DNA of 64,000 nucleotides from Candidatus Omnitrophota bacterium (GTDB lineage Bacteria; Omnitrophota; Omnitrophia; Omnitrophales; Aquincolibacteriaceae): NCBI GenBank assembly GCA_022709525.1, contig JAKLIQ010000007.1, positions 49,720 to 113,719 of the forward strand, read 5' to 3'. Shown piece by piece: positions 57,877 to 64,000 of this stretch (position 1 is its first letter; each line of letters starts with the position of its first letter). The notes under the pieces were generated by a model. It saw only the letters and a program-made list of their open reading frames with translations, ran no database searches and was not told where the DNA came from. The position numbers and the translations under genes were made by a program.

Positions 57877-57893
57877 GTCACTGGTCTAACTTT

Positions 57894-59819
57894 TTATTCT
57901 TTCTTTTTCTTCTTTTCGTCGTCGTCGACCACTTCGTAATCGGCATCCACGACGCCATCATCTTTCTTTCCTTCCGCACCCGGAGCCGCGCCGCCTTTTT
58001 GCCCCGCTTTTTTAGCGGCTTCCTCATACATCTTCTGAGCGATCGTATGCGAGGCGGTGCTGAGTTTTTGGCCGGCTTTTTCAAGCTCTTCTTTCGATTC
58101 ACTTGTCAGCACGCCTTTGGCCTCTTTAATAGCTTCCTCAACTTTCTTTTTCTCATCCTCGGAGATCTTGTCGCCGTGCTCGCGCAGGGCTTTTTCCGAA
58201 GCGTAGATCAAGTTGTCGAGCTGGTTGCGGGCCGTGATGACCTCGTGTTTCTTTTTATCTTCTTCCGCGTTGGCCTGGCCCTCTTTGACGAGTTTTTCGA
58301 CCTCCTCTTTGGAAAGCCCGGACGAGGATTCGATGCGGATCTTTTGTTCCTTGCCCGTTCCGAGGTCTTTGGCCGACACGTGGACGATACCGTTCGCGTC
58401 GATATCGAAGGTCACTTCGACCTGCGGCACGCCGCGCGGCGCGGGCGGAATACCTTCCAAGTTGAAGAGCCCGAGCACGCGGTTATTAGCGGCCATCTCG
58501 CGCTCTCCTTGAAGGACTTTTACCGTCACTGCGGTCTGATTGTCCGCGGCGGTCGAAAAGATCTCGGATTTCCGGGTCGGGATCGTTGTGTTGCGCTCGA
58601 TCAGCTTGGTCATGACGCCGCCAAGCGTTTCAATGCCGAGCGAAAGCGGCGTGACGTCCAAAAGCAGGATGTCTTTAACATCCCCTTTGAGGACGCCGCC
58701 CTGGATTGCCGCCCCAACTGCGACGACTTCGTCAGGGTTCACGCCCTGATGCGGTACTTTCTTGAAAAGATCCTTGGCTTTCTGGACCACGGCCGGCATA
58801 CGGGTCATGCCGCCGACAAGGATGACTTCATCGATATCGTCGGGCTTCACACCGGCATCTTTCATGGCCTGCATGCAGGGCGCGACCGTGCGTTCGATCA
58901 GTTCAGCGACAAGCTGCTCAAGCTTGGCGCGCGTGAGCGTCAAAAGCAGGTGTTTGGGCCCCGAGGCATCGGCCGTAATGAACGGCAGATTGATCTCGGT
59001 GCTTTGAGCCGTGGAGAGTTCGCATTTGGCTTTTTCGGCCGCTTCTTTCAGGCGCTGGATGGCCATGCGGTCCTTCGAGAGGTCGATCCCGTCGGTTTTC
59101 TTGAATTCCGCGATAAGCCAGTCGATGATCTTCTGGTCAAAGTCATCGCCGCCCAAGTGGGTATCCCCGTTCGTGGCTTTGACCTCAAAAACGCCGTCGC
59201 CGATCTCAAGGATCGAGATATCGAACGTTCCGCCGCCGAGGTCATAGACCGCGATCGTCTCATCTTTTTTCTTATCGAGGCCGTAGGCGAGAGCCGCCGC
59301 GGTCGGTTCATTGATGATACGGAGGACCTCCAGACCCGCGATCTGCCCCGCGTCCTTGGTGGCTTGGCGCTGAGAGTCATTAAAATACGCCGGAACGGTA
59401 ATGACCGCCTGTTTGATCGGTTCTCCCAAGTACATTTCCGCGTCAGCTTTCAGTTTCTGCAAAACTTTGGCGGAAATTTCAGGAGGCGTATAGTCCCGCT
59501 TTTCTTGCGGGATATAGAAGACCGCTTCGCCGTGTTTTCCCGCTTTGACTTTGAACGGGACCAGTTGGATCTCGTGCGTTGCTTCTTCCTGGCGTCTTCC
59601 GATGAAACGCTTAGCGCTGAAAATGGTGTTCTCGGGGTTGGTGATCGCCTGACGCTTTGCCGTTTGACCGACAAGCTGCTCGCCGTTCTTTGTAAAGGCG
59701 ACAATGGACGGCGTCGTGCGATTCCCTTCTTTATTCTCGATCACTTTAGGGTCTGTCCCCTCAATGATCGCCATGCATGAATTGGTGGTTCCTAAGTCGA
59801 TGCCCAATATTTTTGCCAT
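57894..59819 (-). CDS. dnaK: molecular chaperone DnaK (Hsp70)
   Basis: [21 protein letters not shown]...[42 protein letters not shown]...[12 protein letters not shown]...C-terminal EEDKKK tail. AAGGAG RBS 7 nt upstream. Confidence 0.98.
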   Translation of the reverse strand: MAKILGIDLGTTNSCMAIIEGTDPKVIENKEGNRTTPSIVAFTKNGEQLVGQTAKRQAITNPENTIFSAKRFIGRRQEEATHEIQLVPFKVKAGKHGEAVFYIPQEKRDYTPPEISAKVLQKLKADAEMYLGEPIKQAVITVPAYFNDSQRQATKDAGQIAGLEVLRIINEPTAAALAYGLDKKKDETIAVYDLGGGTFDISILEIGDGVFEVKATNGDTHLGGDDFDQKIIDWLIAEFKKTDGIDLSKDRMAIQRLKEAAEKAKCELSTAQSTEINLPFITADASGPKHLLLTLTRAKLEQLVAELIERTVAPCMQAMKDAGVKPDDIDEVILVGGMTRMPAVVQKAKDLFKKVPHQGVNPDEVVAVGAAIQGGVLKGDVKDILLLDVTPLSLGIETLGGVMTKLIERNTTIPTRKSEIFSTAADNQTAVTVKVLQGEREMAANNRVLGLFNLEGIPPAPRGVPQVEVTFDIDANGIVHVSAKDLGTGKEQKIRIESSSGLSKEEVEKLVKEGQANAEEDKKKHEVITARNQLDNLIYASEKALREHGDKISEDEKKKVEEAIKEAKGVLTSESKEELEKAGQKLSTASHTIAQKMYEEAAKKAGQKGGAAPGAEGKKDDGVVDADYEVVDDDEKKKKKE

Positions 59820-59868
59820 GTTCGTTTCTCCTTTTTGAGTTTTTATTACTGCATTCCTGCCATCATAA

Positions 59869-59874
59869 TGTCAA
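59869..59874 (-). promoter_or_regulatory. candidate -35 (TTGACA) upstream of dnaK
   Basis: Minus strand reads aaTTGACAttatgatggcaggaatgcagtaataaaaactcaaaaaggagaaacgaaATG. The -10 is weak (cagtaa/gtaata). An alternative sigma32-like ATTGAAA lies ~45 nt further upstream. Confidence 0.2.
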
Positions 59875-60032
59875 TTATCATGCCATCTTGCGTAAAAATG
59901 CGACGCTATAAGTCTATTAATTTCAATGGGTTAGAGAGTTTTATTTTTGGTCCATAAAAATGCGGCGTGCGATTGCGCCACAATGACACGGTGGTCTGTA
60001 ACCAAACGGCAACGCTTCGCCTGTACCACCCC

Positions 60033-60051
60033 GTACACACCCGGTGTGTAC
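60033..60051. repeat. 8-3-8 inverted repeat GTACACAC-CCG-GTGTGTAC
   Basis: ccgtacacacccggtgtgtacaa lies immediately 3' of the 60058..60819 methyltransferase stop and ~210 nt upstream of the dnaK start. Confidence 0.55.
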
Positions 60052-60057
60052 AAGGGT

Positions 60058-60819
60058 TTATTTCTCCGCGACTACGAGCATTTCAAAATCGTCGGTGGCG
60101 AGCTTGTCATTCCTCGAGTACGCGCCAAGCTTTGCGCCAAAGATATCGATCTTTTTGAACCCGAGCGTCTTTAAAAGCCATGTAATCTCGCTGGGCACGT
60201 AATAACGCTCGTTACACTTGAGCTCCCTTTTATTACCGGAATCATCCTCAAAAACAACCGTGTTATGGTCGCGGAAAGTCATCAGATCGAAGGAGCACTC
60301 CTTGCACTGGGACTGACCCTCTTTCTGCGCTGACTTATAGAAATCACTGACCGAATGAAACAGTGGGAACAATCCGTTCAAAGCGGTGAAAATGAGTTTG
60401 CCTTTACTTTTGAGCGCTTTTGTAGCGTTCTTCAGGATCTCAAAGTTCATCTCATCTGTTTCCATGAGAGAAAACCCGCCTTCGCATAGCATGATTGCGA
60501 GATCAAATTCACCGTCAAACGGAAGATTGCGCGCATCTTGCATTTGGAAGTCGACGATCACCCCTGCCTCTTGCGCCTTCTCTCTTGCCCTTTTGATCTG
60601 GTTCCCGGAAAGATCGACCCCCGTTACCTGATACCCTCTTTTCGCCAACTCAATGGGGTGGCGGCCGGTACCGCAGCCGATATCAAGGATCTTGATGGCT
60701 TTGTCATGCAGGATCTCTTGCTCGACAAAATCACATTCCCCCGCCGTTCCCTGGACAAAACACTCCTGATCATATTTGTGCGCATAATTTTCAAACAGCA
60801 ATTCATACCATGGTTTCAT
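60058..60819 (-). CDS. class I SAM-dependent methyltransferase
   Basis: IKILDIGCGTGRHPIELAKRGYQVTGVDLSGNQIKRAREKAQEAG...FDLAIMLCEG. Confidence 0.85.
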   Translation of the reverse strand: MKPWYELLFENYAHKYDQECFVQGTAGECDFVEQEILHDKAIKILDIGCGTGRHPIELAKRGYQVTGVDLSGNQIKRAREKAQEAGVIVDFQMQDARNLPFDGEFDLAIMLCEGGFSLMETDEMNFEILKNATKALKSKGKLIFTALNGLFPLFHSVSDFYKSAQKEGQSQCKECSFDLMTFRDHNTVVFEDDSGNKRELKCNERYYVPSEITWLLKTLGFKKIDIFGAKLGAYSRNDKLATDDFEMLVVAEK

Positions 60820-60894
60820 GATCCGCCTTTGAATACTTGGATAAGAGTTCGCATCTGAATTTGAGAGAGCGCATTTGAGGGAAAGGACGAGACA

Positions 60895-62259
60895 TTATGT
60901 CAGTTTGTATTCTTCTAATTTTCTATAAAGCGTACGGCGCGAAATGCCAAGTTTTTCTGCGGCAGTGGATTTATTCCCTTTTGTTTCTGTGAGAGCATTG
61001 CGGATGAGCTCTTTTTCCGCTTCCGTAATTTTGGTGACGCCCTGGAAAACGGCATTGCCGTTTGGCCTGGCAATTTTCACCTTACCTTGAAGAATATCTT
61101 CGGGAACTTGATCGACCGTGAGCATTTCTCCGGAACTTAGAACGATCATGCGTTCGACGATATTTTTCAGCTCGCGGATATTCCCCGGCCAGTCGTAGCG
61201 TTCCAGGGCCTCAAGCGCGTCCTTGTCGATCCCGCGGACTTTTTTATCATTCTGTGCGGCATATTGGGCGATGAAAGCGTTCGCGAGCGGCGCGATATCC
61301 TCTTTACGCTCGCGAAGCGGCGGGACTTTGAGGTAGATCACGTTGATGCGGTAGTAAAGGTCTTCCCGGAATTTCTGCTGCTGGACCTCATTCAGCAGCG
61401 TTTTATTCGTCGCCGCGATCAAGCGGACATCAACTTTGATCGTTTTTGTGCCGCCCACGCGCTCGAATTCCCCTTCCTGGAGAACGCGGAGGAGCTTGAC
61501 CTGTGTATCCCTGGAAATTTCACCGATCTCATCCAAGAAAAGGGTTCCTTGGTGCGCCCGCTCAAAACGGCCTTTTTTCCGGTCGATCGCTCCCGTAAAG
61601 GACCCTTTTTCATGGCCAAAGAGCTCGCTAGAAAGAAGCGTTTCAGTCAAAGCGGCGCAGTGGACCGCAATAAAAGGATAAATCCGCCGTGGGCTCAGCT
61701 CATGAATGCGCCGCGCGATCAATTCCTTGCCGGTGCCGCTTTCTCCTTCGATCAGAACGGAGGCGTTCGAGGCCGCGATCTTGTCGACGGTTTTCAGGAG
61801 CTCTTTCATTTTGGCGGATTGGGCGATCAGACGTCCCTGATCATAGCGTTCTTTAAGAAGTTCCTGCTTGAGTTCCCGGTTTTCCTCCTCAAGCTGATGG
61901 CTGCTGAAGGCTTTCTTGACGAGAAATTCAAGCTCTTCAAGATTGACGGGTTTGGTCAGATAATAAAACGCGCCTTTTTTCATGGCTTTGACGGCGTCTT
62001 CGACCGATCCGTAGGCTGTCAGCAGGATCACTTTTGCCGCAGGGGCTTCAGCCTTGATCGATTCAAGGAGCGCGATGCCGTCCATTTCCGGCATCCGGAT
62101 ATCCGAGATCACAAGGTCCGGGTTTTCTTTTTTGAAGAGTTCCAAGGCTTCTTTGCCGTTAGCGGCGGTCAACACATCATAATCTAACCCTTGGAGAAAT
62201 TGCGTGAGCCCTTTTCTGGAATTCGCCTCATCTTCAACGAGCAGGATGCTTTCAAACAT
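60895..62259 (-). CDS. sigma-54-dependent response regulator (NtrC family: REC + AAA+ + Fis-type HTH)
   Basis: ILLVEDEANSRKGL...DLVISDIRMPEMDG...VLIEGESGTGKELIARRIHELSPRR...GAFTGA...ESELFGHEKGSFTGA...C-terminal AAEKLGISRRTLYRKLEEY. Confidence 0.95.
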   Translation of the reverse strand: MFESILLVEDEANSRKGLTQFLQGLDYDVLTAANGKEALELFKKENPDLVISDIRMPEMDGIALLESIKAEAPAAKVILLTAYGSVEDAVKAMKKGAFYYLTKPVNLEELEFLVKKAFSSHQLEEENRELKQELLKERYDQGRLIAQSAKMKELLKTVDKIAASNASVLIEGESGTGKELIARRIHELSPRRIYPFIAVHCAALTETLLSSELFGHEKGSFTGAIDRKKGRFERAHQGTLFLDEIGEISRDTQVKLLRVLQEGEFERVGGTKTIKVDVRLIAATNKTLLNEVQQQKFREDLYYRINVIYLKVPPLRERKEDIAPLANAFIAQYAAQNDKKVRGIDKDALEALERYDWPGNIRELKNIVERMIVLSSGEMLTVDQVPEDILQGKVKIARPNGNAVFQGVTKITEAEKELIRNALTETKGNKSTAAEKLGISRRTLYRKLEEYKLT

Positions 62260-62265
62260 GACGCT

Positions 62266-63438
62266 TTATCCTCCCTTGACGGCGTGGTAATCCGGCAGCT
62301 GAAGCTGGGGTTCCCGTACCGGCAATAAAATCTTAAAAGTAGTGCCTTTATTTAATTTACTCACGACCTCGATCTTCCCGCCGTGTTCGGCGATGGCGTC
62401 ATAGACCATCATGAGTCCGAGGCCCGCCCCTTCTTTTTTGGTGGTGTAGTAGATATCAAAGATCTTGTCGAGGTGCTCTTCCGGGATGCCGTGCCCGGTG
62501 TCCGTGACGGCGACGATGGCGCAATGCTGTTTATGGGAAACCTGGACCTTAAGCGTTCCGCCTTTAGGCATGGCTTCTAGGGCGTTCTTGATCAAATTCA
62601 TGAAAGCATAATAGAGACGCTCACGGTCCATGAGAAAGGCCGGGATGGCCTTATCACGCGTGAGTTTAATCTGGATCTTTGCCACGTCAAGCTGGGGCTT
62701 GAGAAAAGCAAGGGCATCAGCGACCACGTCGTTAAGATCGTTCAATTGGAAGCGGAGGGGCGGTTTGCGCGTTGCTTTGAGAAAATTCCGGATAATGCGG
62801 TCAAGGCGGCGCGTCTCATCCTGGATGTCGCTCAGAGAATCTGCGAGCTCGCGGCGTTTCAGCTCCGGAAGGCCTGCCAGGCGTTTTTTGAGGAGTTCCA
62901 GATGGATCGTGATAGCGTTCAAAGGGTTCCCGATCTCATGCGCGATGCCGCCGGCAAGCCGGATCAAACTTTCCATGCGCGCCAGCATGACCGTTTCGAA
63001 TTCCTGTTCGGTTCGGGACGTGATATCCGCAAGGATGACCACGAAATATTTTTTTTCATCCTGCTCTTGCGGGAAGATCGTGATGCGCAGTTGAGCCTCG
63101 CGCGGGGAAAGTATTTTTAGATCGTGGACCGTGCGCGTTTTCACACTAGCAAGATTTTCCCGCAGGAAAGACGCAAGGGAAGGGTCCTGAACCTGGCTCC
63201 ATAAGGGCCGGTTCGCGATAATGTGTGAATTGCCAAGCCAATCCTCCGCCTTGCGGTTGATGAAACGGAGATGCCCTTTTGCATCCGTGATCGCGATCCC
63301 TTCCTCCAGATTCTGGCAAGCCTCCTCAAGGAGCTGATTTTCGGCTGCCCCTTCGAGAAGTTTTAAATAGAGGGAATCTTTTTCGATCTGGGGAAGCCGG
63401 CTCTTGATCTTTTTGATGAAATCAAGCTTTTCGCTCAT
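62266..63438 (-). CDS. PAS-domain sensor histidine kinase (HisKA + HATPase_c)
   Basis: HEIGNPLNAITIHLELLKK (H-box)...LIKNALEAMPKGGTLKV...DTGHGIPEEHLDKIFDIYYTTKKEGAGLGLMMV. Preferred start is MSEKLD at 63438 (RBS AAGGAA). The ORF-track start at 63531 would overlap trpF by 110 nt. Confidence 0.85.
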   Translation of the reverse strand: MSEKLDFIKKIKSRLPQIEKDSLYLKLLEGAAENQLLEEACQNLEEGIAITDAKGHLRFINRKAEDWLGNSHIIANRPLWSQVQDPSLASFLRENLASVKTRTVHDLKILSPREAQLRITIFPQEQDEKKYFVVILADITSRTEQEFETVMLARMESLIRLAGGIAHEIGNPLNAITIHLELLKKRLAGLPELKRRELADSLSDIQDETRRLDRIIRNFLKATRKPPLRFQLNDLNDVVADALAFLKPQLDVAKIQIKLTRDKAIPAFLMDRERLYYAFMNLIKNALEAMPKGGTLKVQVSHKQHCAIVAVTDTGHGIPEEHLDKIFDIYYTTKKEGAGLGLMMVYDAIAEHGGKIEVVSKLNKGTTFKILLPVREPQLQLPDYHAVKGG

Positions 63439-64000
63439 GGTTCCTTTTGAATCCTTTGGCGTTCTCAAGAAAAGCGCGGAGAAGCGCGGGGTCTTTGATG
63501 CCCGGACTTGATTCAACGCCGCTGGCGACATCCACCGCGAAAGGCCGCACCTTTTCGATGGCCTGCGCCACGTTAGCCGGGTTAAGCCCGCCGGCCAGGA
63601 AAAGCTTGTCGTGAACGTAGGGCTTATCCCCGATCACATTCCAATCGAACGGGATGCCGGAACCGCCTTTTTCCGTTTGGGAATAAGTGTCGAAAAGGAA
63701 AGCGCTCACATTGTATTCCCCGAGGCGTTTGAGGCTCATAGCGTCTTTGACGTGGAAGGTTTTGATAACTTCGTAGTTTTGCCGCATGAACGAATCGCAA
63801 TAAAGCGCCGTCTCTTCGCCGTGGAACTGGAGGTATTTCAGATCGAGGCGGGCAGCGATCGCTTCCACGTCTTTTTTGGGCTGATTGCAAAAGACACCGA
63901 CGATATTCTTGAAATCCGCGAGCCTGGCTACGATCTCTTCGGCTTTTTCGACCGTGACAACCCGCTTGCTTGAGGGGGCAAAAATAAAGCCGAGATAATC
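63422..64000 (-). CDS. trpF: phosphoribosylanthranilate isomerase, 5'-partial (continues beyond window end)
   Basis: Translation upstream of the ORF-track GTG stays open to nt 64000: ...DYLGFIFAPSSKRVVTVEKAEEIVARLADFKNIVGVFCNQPKKDVEAIAARLDLKYLQFHGEE...FLFDTYS...GGSGIPFDW...FLAGGLNPANVAQAI. PRAI signature. Confidence 0.85.
   Translation of the reverse strand, partial: DYLGFIFAPSSKRVVTVEKAEEIVARLADFKNIVGVFCNQPKKDVEAIAARLDLKYLQFHGEETALYCDSFMRQNYEVIKTFHVKDAMSLKRLGEYNVSAFLFDTYSQTEKGGSGIPFDWNVIGDKPYVHDKLFLAGGLNPANVAQAIEKVRPFAVDVASGVESSPGIKDPALLRAFLENAKGFKRNHERKA

Noticed and set aside
57999-59780. 593-aa + strand ORF
   Set aside because: Entirely antisense to dnaK, whose translation is an unmistakable Hsp70.
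61264-62187. 307-aa + strand ORF
   Set aside because: Antisense to the sigma-54 response regulator gene, which has clear REC, AAA+ (GESGTGKE) and HTH motifs.
1-64000. Search for CRISPR arrays, tRNA/rRNA genes, transposase or integrase genes and terminal inverted repeats
   Set aside because: No regularly spaced direct repeats with unique spacers. No tRNA T-loop (GGTTCGAATCC-like) or rRNA signatures. No transposase or integrase-like ORFs. The only repeats are coding-sequence domain repeats and the short intergenic elements reported above.

Overview
Roughly two thirds of this 64-kb window is a single uninterrupted + strand reading frame (nt 2..40771, >=13,590 codons). It is still open at the window's 5' edge, so the true gene is longer. 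The ordered domain layout along the ORF argues for one giant, membrane-spanning, multidomain protein. From the 5' end: a novel ~125-aa W-x-F-[ST]-E repeat region; about 35 tandem ~45-aa DUF4214-like repeats; triplicated Cys-containing beta domains; three ConA/LamG-like lectin domains; three F5/8 type C (discoidin) domains; YD/RHS-like repeats; and an Ala/Glu coiled coil. These are followed by two clusters of transmembrane helices (about nt 17400-17990 and 27430-28580). The C-terminal ~4,000 residues are strongly helical and charged. They contain a P-loop Walker A (PTGTGKTS), a DEAD Walker B box, a helicase motif VI-like QLFGRHRG and two HExxH zincin-like motifs. Proteins of this style have been reported for giant genes of uncultivated lineages such as Omnitrophota; that comparison is an inference here, not a database result. 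Downstream of the giant gene lie a nucleotidyltransferase-fold gene and a co-directional 8-gene nucleotide-sugar modification operon. The operon encodes GDP-mannose 4,6-dehydratase, a membrane protein, two tandem paralogous B12-binding radical-SAM enzymes, a class I SAM methyltransferase, a DegT-family aminotransferase, a GT2 glycosyltransferase and a TylC3-like C-methyltransferase. The minus strand then carries yqeY; a MoxR-DUF58-BatA-BatB-like (vWA/TPR) operon whose BatB-like protein has a long poly-Q/N/D tail; dnaK with a clear rho-independent terminator that abuts the next operon; a SAM methyltransferase; a sigma-54-dependent response regulator with a PAS histidine kinase; and a 5'-partial trpF running off the window end. 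No rRNA, tRNA, CRISPR array or obvious mobile element was seen.
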